Source: Ministeria vibrans ATCC 50519
Taxonomy: Eukaryota > Protista > Filasterea
Reading direction: 5' to 3'
Length of the DNA stretch: 64,000 bases
Assembly: GCA_943704425.1 (NCBI GenBank)
Contig: CALSCP010001486.1
Span: 1 to 64,000 of the forward strand
Numbering within the stretch: position 1 is the stretch's first letter; the number at the start of each line of letters is the position of its first letter. A model generated the notes under the pieces. The model saw nothing but the letters and a program-made list of their open reading frames with translations. It made no database searches and was not told the origin of the DNA. A program made the position numbers and the translations under genes. Below, piece after piece: positions 39,509 to 53,509 of the stretch.

Positions 39509-40037
39509 CTGATGGAACCAAGGCGGTTGTAATGAAGAAGAATATGAAGGAGCCAGTGCGACTGCTTGTCGCGACTGATGTGGTTGCACGCGGTGTGGAC
39601 ACACTTGATGTGGTGCGTGTGATCAATGCTGAGCTGCCGCGTGCTTCCGATGCCTTTTTGCATCGTGTCGGGCGTACAGGTCGGCTAGGGCGCCAGGGCA
39701 CTGTTGTGAGTTGGGTTGCGAAGCGAGATCGTGCCTTTGCCAGTCATTTGAGGGTACGTGCTTTTCTTTCCTTTTTATTTTGGTGTTGTCGCCTTTTGTT
39801 TGTGATTAATAATAATAATTATTATTATTAACTATAATGCAATTATTGTATTCTTAGAAAATATGTCTTCTAGTTTGTATGTCTTCTCTCATTATTCTTT
39901 CTTTTCTTCTTCTTCTTATTTTTGACTTTTTGTTGTAGGTTTGCCTTGAATCTGGCGCAGAGATCACCCCGACCACAGTTGCTGTACATCCTGAAAAGCT
40001 CAAACTGCTTGCAGAGAAGAATTTCGAGCGAGCTTGA
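37124..40037 (+). CDS. DDX28: Mitochondrial DEAD-box RNA helicase (DDX28/Mrh4-like)
   Basis: Leader MIIVRGLATMARR; PTAIQ, AAETGSGKTLMYLLP, VVPSKELA, VLDEAD, SAT, VFCN, VATDVVARGVD, HRVGRTGR. Confidence 0.85.
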
Positions 40038-40096
40038 AACCGCAGCGAACACAATTAATTTGTAAACAATCAAATCTTTCTTATTCATTGATCATC

Positions 40097-40198
40097 ATGA
40101 AACTTGTTTCAACATTACACCTACTCTTGGTTGCGTGCCTGACGATGGCACTAGCGCTGACTTCACTTCAGCCCAACCTTGTTTTCATTCTGATTGAC
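40097..40198 (+). pseudogene. Orphan 5' fragment of a secreted sulfatase
   Basis: MKLVSTLHLLLVACLTMALALTSLQPNLVFILID = signal peptide + sulfatase N-terminal strand, then runs into the AT-rich SmD3 promoter. Confidence 0.55.
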
Positions 40199-40349
40199 GC
40201 AACCCACAAAAGATATCTTCTTTCAATGCCCAATTTTGTGTTGTGCAGCAATCAACAAACTGATATTCAAAATTTCCAATTTGGCAATTTCCAAAAATCA
40301 AAATTTCAATTTTCTTCACCTTCGCGCCTTCGCCACTCTCCTTGCTGAC

Positions 40350-40707
40350 ATGGTTGTGGGAATCCCTGTCAAAATTTTACACGAGGCAGTTGGTCATGTT
40401 GTGACAGTCGAAACAAAGGTAAATGCGCTGACTTGAGAGCCCTCTTCCATGCGTCGGTGTGTGTACGGGGGCGTGTGCGTGTGCGTGTGCGTGTGTGTGT
40501 GTATGTGTGTGTGTGTGTGTCCGTGCGCCCGCTGTACGTGTTCGTGCCGCTCTCTTTTTGCCATTGGAGTTTCAACGGCGCTGACTCTGCGCTGTCGGGG
40601 CGCCAAGGAGCTCTCCTCATGTCTCAATCGGCATTGTCCGCCCTGCCTCGACGGGGTGGACCACCACCACCGCAGACCCCAATGACGAGAACGACGAAAA
40701 CGCGACG

Positions 40708-40740
<33 letters not shown>

Positions 40741-41317
40741 GTACTGTAACTCCTCTTACTCCACCCGATGAAGCGTCGGCGACGCTCCCCGCCCTATACA
40801 GACATGGGGGGGTTATTATTTTGTGCTGCGGAGGGGCGTGGAAAGCGACGAAGAGACGTGGCTTGACCTTTTGTCTTGTCTGCCTTGCTCGTTGTGTCTC
40901 TAGGATGGTGTTGTGTATCGCGGACGGCTGATTGCCGTGGAGGATTCACTCAACTGCCAGCTGCAGAGCGTGGCGCAGACGCAGCGCGACGGCAGAAGCT
41001 CACACTTGGAACAGGTGTACTTGCGCGGCTCCAAGGTGCGCTTCTTCATCATCCCCGACGTCCTCAAGTCAGCGCCCATGTTCAGCACCATGAGTGCCAT
41101 GGCAGCTGCCAAGGGCAAGTCCGCTCTTCTCAAAGGTACCCACACGGTTGTTGTGGTGTATGGTGTTGTGTTTTGTGTGTTGTGGTCGACAGTCTTGTCA
41201 ACAATGCTAAACTCTCGTCTTTCGGGGTTTTCTTGTTTTCTAGCTCAAGCACAGGCACGCCAGGGAGGCGGCCGTGGTCGTGGTGGACGTGGACGTGGAC
41301 GTGGCAGAGGAATGTAA
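40350..41317 (+). CDS. SNRPD3: snRNP core protein Sm D3 (3 exons)
   Basis: MVVGIPVKILHEAVGHVVTVETK, YRGRLIAVEDSLNCQL, LEQVYLRGSKVRFFIIPDVLKSAPMF, RG-repeat tail. Confidence 0.97.
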
Positions 41318-41362
41318 ATCAAACAGCAAAAAAATAATAAACAAAAAGGCATTCCGTCTTGG

Positions 41363-42128
41363 TTACATTGCTGAAGCAGACAGCGCTGCGAGCTCTTGCT
41401 CGACTTTGAGGGCGTCCAGATTAGACACTGTTAACTGCAGAGATCAAGAGAAAGGAAGTGCGGGTGAGAGGAGCGGACGAGCAGGGGCTGGAGGGGGGCA
41501 TGTACCATGTCGAGAAGCACCTCCATTTTGTAGCGCAGCATGTTGTTCTCTTCGAGCAGTCGTCGGTTCTCCCGCACGAGCGCCACTTGGTCGGCCGATC
41601 CCATCGCCACATCGCCACCCACTGCGCCAGTAACATCGCCATCAACCACAGCAGCAATGTACAGCGTCGTCGTGTCTTTGAGTTTGGGTTCTTCTTACCT
41701 GAGCGCCAAACGCCATTTTCAAAATACAATTGTGCCGTTCCCAAGTTCACAGCCAAAGGCGGTGCGTTGGGAGTGGGCGCAGGGGCTACAACCGCAGTGG
41801 TTCCTGTGGGCACTGCAGTGGCGGTGCTGGCCATCAAGAGCCCTGTGTTGCTCGGCTGGAAGGGCATTGGCGTTGTCTGGAGCAACGACGACGACAGACC
41901 TGCCTGCGACTGGTGCTGCGGCTGTGCATACCCCTGCGGGGGTGCCTGTGGCTGCATCGCCGACTGTTGCTGGTGCGGAAGAGTCCACTGGCCGCTGGTG
42001 CCCAACTGGCTCTGGTGCGTCTGGTCCAAATTCATACTTGACTCTAATGCTGTCGGCTGAGATGCCCCTCTGTTTGCCACCGTTGATTTTCTGCGCACCA
42101 GCGGGCTCGACTTTTTAAACAACGACAT
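41363..42128 (-). CDS. CBY1: Chibby family basal-body protein (3 exons)
   Basis: MSLFKKSSPLVRRKS; VNLGTAQLYFENGVW; RENRRLLEENNMLRYKMEVLLDML. Confidence 0.9.
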
Positions 42129-42479
42129 TGAGTTGGCCTTTGACACACTCAAGTAAGATTAATAGAAAAATATTTAAAAAGTAAAAAACTGTGTGAAACT
42201 GAATGAAATGATTGAAAAGTGAATAGTGACAGAATATCATCCAGTACAGCCCTACACATCAAGTCTTCAGCCTGAGAAGTGGAAAGTGGCGACTGGCGAG
42301 TGGTGGGGGCAGTTCAGACTTCAGAGTGAGAGCGCACCCTGAGTTGAAAGAGATCATTCTTCTAACAACCATTGTCTAACCACCAACGAACCGAAAAATT
42401 CAAAAATGAAAATCCAAAATCCCAATCCCAAATCGGGCAAATACCAAATTACCAATCAAATTTGTTTTATATATTCATC

Positions 42480-44534
<2,055 letters not shown>

Positions 44535-44719
44535 AACCTTCAAGTCAATTTCTTTCTTTTTTTGTTCACCATTACACACGCCCCTGAATGCGTTTCTAAG
44601 TGCCCCGGTTTGCTTCAATTCTCAAAGTCTCATCTTTTACTTTTAAGTGTCACACATGCAAAAGACGCTCAAAACTCAAACTGACAGTATCACCGTCCCA
44701 AACTTTCCAACGAACGACT

Positions 44720-44813
44720 CAGGGGTGTTATGATTCGATCTGAATTTTCGGATCAAACCATGATTCGAAAGATCCGATTACGTTCGAATCATGATTCGAA
44801 CGTAACAACCCTG
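44720..44813. mobile_element. MITE-like element with imperfect terminal inverted repeats
   Basis: CAGGGGTGTTA...TAACAACCCTG (10/11 match); internal TGATTCGA x3; perfect 28-bp palindrome 44778-44805; no clear TSD. Confidence 0.6.
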
Positions 44814-44966
44814 CAGTGAACGAACGATCAACGCTGAATTACTCATTCTTGCAAGTTACAAGTCATTGATCAGCACTCAGCACTTTATAAACTTTTCACT
44901 NNNNNNNCTACTTTTCACAATTTCTTTTGTAGTTTGTACATTTGTTTTTGTTTACTTCAGTTGATC

Positions 44967-46133
44967 ATGTCAGTGAAGGAGATTCCTAACGACGAGGCGT
45001 TCCAGCCGGAGCTGGCGAGCCATGGCTCCAAGTTGATTGTTGTCGATTTTTACGCGACTTGGTGCGGTCCTTGCAAAGCAATTGCGCCGAAAATAGCCGA
45101 GTTTGCTGTCAAATACCCACATGTTGTGTTCCTCAAGGTTGACGTGGACAAGTGCAAGGTATGGAATCTTGCGGGGAGGGGGGGTTTTCGCCAAGTTGCT
45201 CAAATGTTCGAGAATGTACGCTAATTTTGAAACACTTCGTTGGACTGGGCCGCAGACGGTCCAACAAGTCTGCGGTGTGACTTCCATGCCAACATTCCAG
45301 TGCTTTCGCAGCATGCAGAAGGTTGCCGAGTTCTCAGGGGCGGATCCGGCCAAGCTGGAGGGAATCATTCAGAAATTCGGCGGCGAAGAGGCGACTGCGT
45401 CAGGCATGGTACGTGATTGCGGCTGTAGCGCAACTCCGCCCCTCACACGCACCTGCTCATCTGCTGCACTTTCTTTCTGTTGGGGCCGGGGGGTTGCGGT
45501 GTAGGTGTCGCTTGAGCCAGTGTTTATGATGAAGCAAGTGGAGTGTCTCAACGAGAGCGACGACCATCCTGTGGCGGGCGCCTTTGCCAAGGAGACAGAC
45601 GCCTTCCTTGAGAGTGACTGCGACGAGCAACTCATCATCACCATTCCCTTCACGCAGCCTGTTAAAATTCACTCTATTCGCATCGCCTCAGTCGCAGACG
45701 GTGAGAGAAAACAAACCTTACGCAACGAACTTACTTTTATTACTAATAATAATAATAATAATTTATTTTTCTAATTATACTAATTTTTTTGGGGGGGTTT
45801 TCGATGATAGGACGTGGACCAAAAGAAGTGCGGCTGTTTGTCAACCCGACTCAGCCGCTGGATTTTGACGACGGCGAGCGGGAAGTGCCCACACAGGCAC
45901 TGACTCTAAGTGCCGACAATCTCAAGGGCGACAGCGAACCGGTCCCTCTGACGTTTGTGCGCTTCCAGAATGTCTCCAAGCTTACCATCTTCATCAAGTC
46001 GGTGCAGGGCAGCGACAAGGATACGTGCGTGGTGTCGCGCCTAATGCTTCTTGGTTGGCCCCTCTCGTCCACTGCCATGGCTGAGTTCAAGCGCGTCAGT
46101 GGCACTCCCGGCGAGTCGCACGGCGGTCAGTAA
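44967..46133 (+). CDS. TXNL1: Thioredoxin-like protein 1 (Trx + PITH)
   Basis: VVDFYATWCGPCKAIAP; ECLNESDDH, FLESDCDEQLIITIPFTQPVKIHS, GPKEVRLFVN, FVRFQNV, FKRVSGTPGESH. Confidence 0.96.
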
Positions 46134-46254
46134 CACCCGGTGGATACTCATCACACTCACTAATACACGACTTATACACGCACCACACTCAATTACAATA
46201 TCTTCTTGTGTGCTTTTTTCTCTATTGTCCTGTTCTTTCTAACACATTTGGGGT

Positions 46255-47487
46255 TCAATGATTGCGAGTAAAGTCAACACAGCGCGATGGGTCAGTGGGG
46301 TAGTGGCGTTGTGAGAAGGTCATGAGACGCTTCACCGCCTGAATGTACTTGCGTTGTGTCTCGTCATTCAAAACATGTGCCACATCCTAACACAGCAAAG
46401 AGACAGACAAAAAAAAGAAAGTGTAAAAAAACGAACACACGAAACACACAAACACACGATGAGAGTTTGAGAGTTTAAGAGTTTGAGAGTTTGAGAGTTT
46501 GAGAGTTTGAGAGAGAGAGAGAGACGNNNNNNNNNNNNNNNNNNNNNNNNNNNNNNNNNNNNNNNNNNNNNNNNNNNNNNNNNNNNNNNNNNNNNNNNNN
46601 NNNNNNNNNNNNNNNNNNNNNNNNNNNNNNNNNNNNNNNNNNNNNNNNNNNNNNNNNNNNNNNNNNNNNNNNNNNNNNNNNNNNNNNNNNNNNNNNNNNN
46701 NNNNNNNNNNNNNNNNNNNNNNNNNNNNNNNNNNNNNNNNNNNNNNNNNNNNNNNNNNNNNNNNNNNNNNNNNNNNNNNNNNNNNNNNNNNNNNNNNNNN
46801 NNNNNNNNNNNNNNNNNGTGTGAGTGTGAGTGTGAGTGAGTGTGAGTGAGTGCGTGCGTGTCAATAATAATAATATTTACTCTCTTTTTGAGCATTCGCG
46901 TTAGTGGTTTGATGTTGGCGCACGTCTGTTTGTACGTTGCCATCTCTGTGCGGTAGTGTTGCGTCTGCCGTTGTTCCATGGGCCGTTGAAGAATCTCTCG
47001 CTCGCGCAGTGCAAGCAAGAACCGCAGGTAGTCTAGTACAAAGTCAGCGTCGGCTGCGTCGCTGCGTGCCTGGCCCGTCTTCATGTCGCGAGCGCGTCGT
47101 TGAAACGCACTCAACTTGCGTTGCTCTTCCTCGACCGACATCGTCTTGGCCTCTTCTGCACGCGTTGCCTCTCCGTCGTCATTTCCGCCTTGCTTCAACA
47201 GCCGATTCAGGTGCTCTTGGTCCACCTTGTCCATCGCTTCCATAAATTCATTTCGCAAACCCTACAGCGGACGTCAGAGCATAAAGAGAAATGACATGTC
47301 CGATGTTCGTCCTACTCTATTCACTTCGGGCTGAGAGATTTCTAACTGTCGCAACCGTTCGGCACGGTCATCATCCGCTTCGCCAAACAAACGAATGGGT
47401 TCACCACGTTCGCGCAGTCGTCGAATCACTTCATTTGCCGGCACTTGCTTTCGTCCTGCAGAACAGTCGATTCAGAAATGAGAGAGA

Positions 47488-47565
<78 letters not shown>

Positions 47566-47967
47566 GGAGAAAGTAACAAAGTGATAGAGAGAGAGTTTGC
47601 GTGTGTGTGCATATGTGTATGTATGCATGTGGGTGTGTATGTGTGATAGGGAGAGAGAGAGGGAGAGAGAAAGAAAGAGAGCCAAGAGAATTTTCGTTTC
47701 GTCGACGTCTCTCAGTTGTACTTTGCTCAAGTTCAAAAAGGTACCTGATAACAGCGTTTTCCCAGTTTCTGCACCAACTGCGGATCCTTCAGCGTGTCCT
47801 TGGCCAGACGAAGAAGCGTCTGCGCCCGTCACAGCCGAGGATGCGGCCGAATCACCGCTGACGGACCGTTGATCGAGTTCGCTACGTTTAAAGAAGCGTT
47901 TCTTCTCCGAGACAACGCCCTGTACCGAGTTGCGTTTTCGCTCTATCTCTGCCAGGAGGGCTTCCAT
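46255..47967 (-). CDS. PRPF18: Pre-mRNA splicing factor 18 (one exon probably lost in the N gap)
   Basis: [19 protein letters not shown]; PRP4-like [13 protein letters not shown]; [11 protein letters not shown]; [36 protein letters not shown]. Confidence 0.93.
46461..46526. repeat. (GAGAGTTT)n tandem running into an assembly gap (Ns 46527-46817)
   Basis: Seen directly. Confidence 0.9.
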
Positions 47968-48516
47968 GGTTAAAAATCTATTTGAAAATTTTAGTTTTTT
48001 ACTGAATTTTTTGGCTTTTGCCCGATCAATCGAAAGTTCACAAGTTTGACTATGGGCAAGGGGAGTAACCTCAATTACAACTGTACAAATGAAGTTGTGA
48101 ACTATCCACAATAGTGACTCATTAGTGAGTGACAATTTTATTCAATGAATAACTCAATTATTTACGTTCCAGCTCATTTCTTTCACTCTCAGTCGTCACA
48201 CCGCAAACGCTGCCGGGTGTAGTGTTCTTGCGCCTCCGATAGAGCGATCCATTCAGTGCGGCAAGTCTCGCACGAAAGGAAGCAGAGTGTTGATTTGGGA
48301 TATTGTATGGAGTTGCAGCGACATACAATGAGTTTCGTCACAAACGCTAATCCAGAGCGACTTTCCCCTCACTGACAATGTGACCAATGTTCTCTTTTAG
48401 ACTTGACAGTATGAATTAATATTATACAAACACATAAAACAAATGCTCTTTCGCAGTGACTTGGACCGCAGATGGGAGGCAAGTCGCGACTCCACAAGAG
48501 TGCCGCGCGTGCTGTC

Positions 48517-49499
48517 TCAGACAGCCTCCACCACAAACAGATCGGGATCCTTGGTGTGGAACTTGCTTGTCTCAACCATGTGAGTTCGTGCAATGTCCTT
48601 CAACTACACCACACAACAGTCAGTGCGCAGACATGGTCAACACAAACAATATGTAAAAGTTGTCGCCCATCACTTCATCCACACACACACAATATGACTG
48701 TACAGTTGTTGTGCATCACTTCATCCACACACACACAATATGACTGTACAGTTGTTGTGCATCACTTCATCCACACACACACAATATGACTGTACAGTTG
48801 TTGTGCATCACTTCATCCACACACACACAATATGACTGTACAGTTGTTGTGCATCACTTCATCCACACNNNNNNNNNNNNNNNNNNNNNNNNNNNNNNNN
48901 NNNNNNNNNNNNNNNNNNNNNNNNNNNNNNNNNNNNNNNNNNNNNNNNNNNNNNNNNNNNNNNNNNNNNNNNNNNNNNNNNNNNNNNNNNNNNNNNNNNN
49001 NNNNNNNNNNNNNNNNNNNNNNNNNNNNNNNNNNNNNNNNNNNNNNNNNNNNNNNNNNNNNNNNNNNNNNNNNNNNNNNNNNNNNNNNNNNNNNNNNNNN
49101 NNNNNNNNNNNNNNNNNNNNNNNNNNNNNNNNNNNNNNNNNNNNNNNNNNNNNNNNNNNNNNNNNNNNNNNNNNNNNNNNNNNNNNNNNNNNGCTCGTTA
49201 GGAATTGTTGCAGGTAAAATATGAGCATGTACTAGTTATAAAACGGAAAAGACTTCATACTCTTCGAAAATTGCGCTTCTTCAGCTTTCTCGAGATGTAC
49301 GCAAGCTCTAAAGACTTGTAGACCCTTCTGATAGCAAGCGAATAGCAGCTCTACAGACAGGAGCGACGCAGTGAGCAACAGAATCCCTCTTTGCCCTTCC
49401 CCCGTCGATCCCCACCTTGGATCGGCCCCGGAATCCTTTAGCAAGCTGCATGATAAACGCCTTTCTCGTCAACCGCGAAGAGGACTTGGCCAACGTCAT
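48517..49499 (-). CDS. MRPL20: Mitochondrial ribosomal protein L20 (middle exon in the N gap 48869-49191)
   Basis: RKAFIMQLAKGFRGRSK|SCYSLAIRRVYKSLERAYISRKLKKRNFR; last exon LKDIARTHMVE...AV*. Confidence 0.88.
48668..48868. repeat. 46-bp minisatellite, at least 4.3 identical copies, truncated by the gap
   Basis: CATCACTTCATCCACACACACACAATATGACTGTACAGTTGTTGTG at 48668, 48714, 48760, 48806, 48852 (partial). Confidence 0.97.
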
Positions 49500-49794
49500 G
49501 ACTAGGTAGTTTTGAATAAATCTGAAACATGTGAAATAGCACATTGGTTGATCTTCTGGTGATCTTCTTGTGCCCAGAGGCCGCGTCGGCTGCCGTTCGG
49601 CACTTGGCACTACTTAAAGCTGAGTGACTAAAATCCAGAGGCTGAAGTTGGATTGTTTGAGTGTGGCATTGTGCCTTGAAGGAGAATTGAAGTGTGATTG
49701 AAACTGTCGATGAAATATTTTTTCGATAATCAATTTAGAGTTCTTGGATTCTCTATTTATTTTATTTATTGTGTCATCGTAGAAAAATTTACAG

Positions 49795-50309
49795 ATGATG
49801 AGACCAAAGAGTGCGACCGATTGGGACCAACACTTAATACAGTACGCAGGTGTCTATCATCAGCCGATGCTCAGTCCCGTGGTCTCGTGACGTTTAGGTC
49901 TCCAGTCGCTCCGCCACCTTTACCCAAAGACGACGCCAGCGACTCCTCTCCGCCTCCCCCTCCTGCGCGACACAACGCACGGCCAAAGTCCATGATGTTC
50001 ATGCCTCGGACAAGCGCCCCCACCGCTGCGACGCCAGCACAGCCCGTCGTGGCTCCCAGAAAGTTTCCGCAACTGCGTCCCAAATCCACCATTGAGTTTT
50101 CCCCTCTGCCGTCCGTCCCGCCGCCGTCGACCCGCGCCGTCCAGCTGGTCGAGCTTGACCGTCGATTTGTGCCGTTAGATCGCTACCTCGTGGGCCATGA
50201 CTGCACCACCACGTATCAGGGGGTTCTTGAGGAGCCGTCGGAAAAGGACGAGCGGCAGCGCGAACAGCGTCTCAGCCGTGGCGTCACCTGCTTAGACCCG
50301 TCATTCCAA

Positions 50310-50344
<35 letters not shown>

Positions 50345-51328
50345 CTATAACGACGGCATCACCGAGGGCTATCTTGAGCTGTCGGGCCCGCCTGTCTTCG
50401 TGCGGACTCTCACGTCGTCGGCAGCCACAGAAGAGGAGCGCGCCGTCTTCCGCAGCGAGTGCCTTCTCATGACACGCCTGCACCAGCGTCATCTTGTGCG
50501 ACTCTTTGGAGTTTGTCTCAAAAGCGATCCGTGGATGCAAGTGATGGAGTACGCCGACTACGGCGACCTGTGGACCTTTGTGGGGCGCGTGACGCGCGAC
50601 GAAGAGGAGGCCGAGTCGGAGCGCAGCAGTGCCAGCGAGCGGATCGCGACAGTCGCCCAACTGGCAAACCTAGCGCACATGATCTGCTCGGGAATGGCGT
50701 ACCTCGAGCGAAACCAGGCAGTGCACGGTGCGCTGATGCTCAAGCACTGTGTCCTCAGCGACAAGGGTATTGCTAAAGTGGGCCGTTTCGGTCTGCCGTG
50801 GACCGACCCGGCACAAGACAAAGGCACGCTAAACAGCTTTCAAGAGCACATTGAGCGCGAGCGATGGCTACCTGTCGAGCAAGGCGTCAGTGCCAAAGGG
50901 GACGTGTGGGCATTCGGTGTGACCCTCTGGGAGCTCTTTGCGCGCGCACACGTCCCGTACGCCGACACGCCCGTCGACCGTCTTCTGTATCTTGTGCGCG
51001 AGGGCCTGCGCCTGTCCCGCCCCCCAACCATGTCCCGCTCCATGTACACATTAGTCGCTTTGTCTTCTTATTGTGTTTCTGTGTCTAATTCTCTCCCTCT
51101 ATTTTCCTCTGTAGTTATGAGCTGTTATGTGAGTGTTGGGCCCCCAAAATGATCCAACGTCCAACTTTTGCGGATCTCTCGCATCGTCTTCAGGCGGTCA
51201 TTGTAAGAACAAGTCAAGACACACATGTTAGAAGATTCACATGTTTGTTCATGTTTTTGTAGAAAGAAGTCAATCCAACCGCACTCGCGGAGCGGTTTGC
51301 GCACTTGCGTCTCTCTGCGTTGGAATGA
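49795..51328 (+). CDS. Cytoplasmic tyrosine-kinase-family pseudokinase with Pro-rich N-terminus (4 exons)
   Basis: FRSECLLMTRLHQRHLVRLFGVC, QVMEYADYGDL, ICSGMAYLE, RWLPVE, KGDVWAFGVTLWELF, CWAPKMIQRPTF; catalytic motifs degenerate. Confidence 0.85.
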
Positions 51329-51683
51329 GAGTCACTTCCCTCTGATCATCATAGACAATCATAATAATAAAATTATTGTTATTTTTATAACTGTTATTGT
51401 TATCTTTACGTCTTAGCCAACTTGCATATACGCCCCGAGTGCTACGTAGACAGCCGTAGAGCAGCTTGTCAGAGTCGCTAAGCCCCCGCTAAGAGTATGG
51501 CGTATCTTTGCGCTTGCTACAATGGATAATGATTGCACTTTTGCTGTTGTTCTGGTGACTCCATCGTATTTGTTATGACTGTATTCTTCCACTTCTACTT
51601 CGAATTCAACATAAAAATATGATAAGAAAAATAAATTATTTTGATCAACTAGATTTATTAACTTTTACACACTTTCTTTTATC

Positions 51684-53311
51684 ATGACTCGGATAACGCA
51701 GGAAACATTTGACCAAGTTGTCGAGGAGAACATCTCCGAGTTTGACATGGATGCTGATGAGGTAGGCGAAAGACTCGAGAAATGGGATTTGTTTGTGTTG
51801 CCAAGTCACTATAGCAACGTGTCCCTCTTCTCCCGCTCTCTCTCTCTCGCTCCCTCTTCCCCCAGAAAAGAAATCACGTGTCTGCGTGCTGCACCAGTCG
51901 CCTGACACCATGTCCTGTCCCTCTCTTTTGTCGTTTTTGTTTTTTTCATTTGTCTCGTTAGGCTTGTCGCGACGCAGTGACACAGTTTGAAGCGCAGGGG
52001 GTCGATTTGAGCACGATCATTACGACGCCGCGGAGTGCCGATGGCCACGCCGACGAGAACGACGACTCCCAGGTGGTCGTTGGACTGCTGGACGAGCTGA
52101 AAGCGATCGATCCGGACGCGTTGGACGCAGACACAGCCAAAGGCTGGCTTAGCCAGATTGACGCCGCGCTGTCGACCGAGCCCGACTCGAAATCGTGTCC
52201 GGTTGCCGCTGGACACGGCGGAGTCATTGCAGTTGTGGCACTCACCCACAAGTGCGACACAGACGTGACCGTGGGACTGAATGTGTTGCAAAAATTGCTA
52301 ACGGTCGCCGATGCACGCGATCAACTCGGTCCCGCCGGTGTCGCTGCCACTGTGGCCATGCTCGATGCGTTTCCCGACGACAACAGCACACTTGATGCTA
52401 TCTTGCGTACGCTTATCATTGCGTGCACAACAAACGAGTTGAACAGGCAAAAAGCGGTCGTGTGTGGCCTGGTGGAGAAGCTGTTGGCGCTGCTCACGAG
52501 CACTGCAGTTGATGGACGCCGCCCGGTCATTGTGTCTACCATTGCCAACATGATGGCGACACTCACGTTGCAAGATGACAAGCGCGCAGCCGTGCCCCGT
52601 GGAAACGATCATGTGGCGGACATGGCAAAGGAAGGAGCGTTTGCTGCGCTGCTTGCCGTACTGGCACTTCCTGCAGTTGCCACAGACGCCCCCGAGGCCG
52701 CTGCGGTGCTGACCACCCTGGCGAGTTTGGCCATTCGCAATGACTATTGTCAAGAACTTCTAGATGGAGGTGTATTTGAGCGGGTCTACGAGCTGGCGCG
52801 AGAGCACGCGAAGAGTGCTCCCGTTGCACGTGCTGTGTGTGTGTTGTTGCGTGCACTGAGCGGTAACGATGCCTGCAAGAATGCCATGTGTCAGGGAGAC
52901 GGTCTTGCTGTGGTACTATCCGTCGTGGAACAACATCAACGGGATGTGGTGGTGGTCGAGCAGGCTGTAGCTGCCCTGGCAACCATGGTCCTGCGCCAGC
53001 CAAGCAACGCCGCACGAGCTCACGCTGCGGGCGCCCATCGCGTCGTGCTCGCCTCAATGAACGTCCACCCTGAACATGCTCTTACACAGCGCTGGGCATG
53101 CATGTTCCTGCGCAACCTGGTCGCGCGTAATCGTGACCTGGCTCCGTCCGTCCTTGAAGAGGGTGCCGAGCAGCTTGTCCGTCGCGCCCGTCGCGACCAC
53201 CGACGCGTCTGTGAAGACGCCGCCAAAGCCGCCCTTCGTGACCTCAATCTTGACGTCAAGTTGGCCTGTCCTTTTGTAGGCAAGCAGGGCAGCCTTCTTC
53301 ACGACGAGTGA
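51684..53311 (+). CDS. ARMC6: Armadillo repeat-containing protein 6 (2 exons)
   Basis: RITQETFDQVVEENISEFDM..DAVTQFEAQGVDLSTI; LAIRNDYCQ; LRALSGNDACK; RNLVARN; AKAALRDL. Confidence 0.93.
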
Positions 53312-53331
53312 AATTTTTTTTGAGTAAAATT

Positions 53332-53372
<41 letters not shown>

Positions 53373-53509
53373 TATTATTATTATAGCCAAATAATCAACA
53401 ATGATTACGACGAGTTACGACAAAATTCAAAAATGACCACAAAATGACAATAATAAATTCTTTATATATACACATTCACCACAGCTCGGTCGTTGTAGAT
53501 AATGCTCTT

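Noticed and set aside
48190-48380. GAGGGGAAAGTCGC (- strand, like RNase MRP/P CR-I) and GAAAGGAAGCAG (+ strand, like SRP helix 8)
   Set aside because: No complementary P4/CR-V partner and no SRP helix pairing found; single short motifs are expected by chance
48668-48868. Regular 46-bp repeats resembling a CRISPR array
   Set aside because: Units are identical and contiguous with no unique spacers; eukaryotic intron; no cas genes. It is a minisatellite.
46368-49228. ORFs with long X runs or HT/ER/SL repeats
   Set aside because: Artefacts of N gaps and intronic dinucleotide microsatellites
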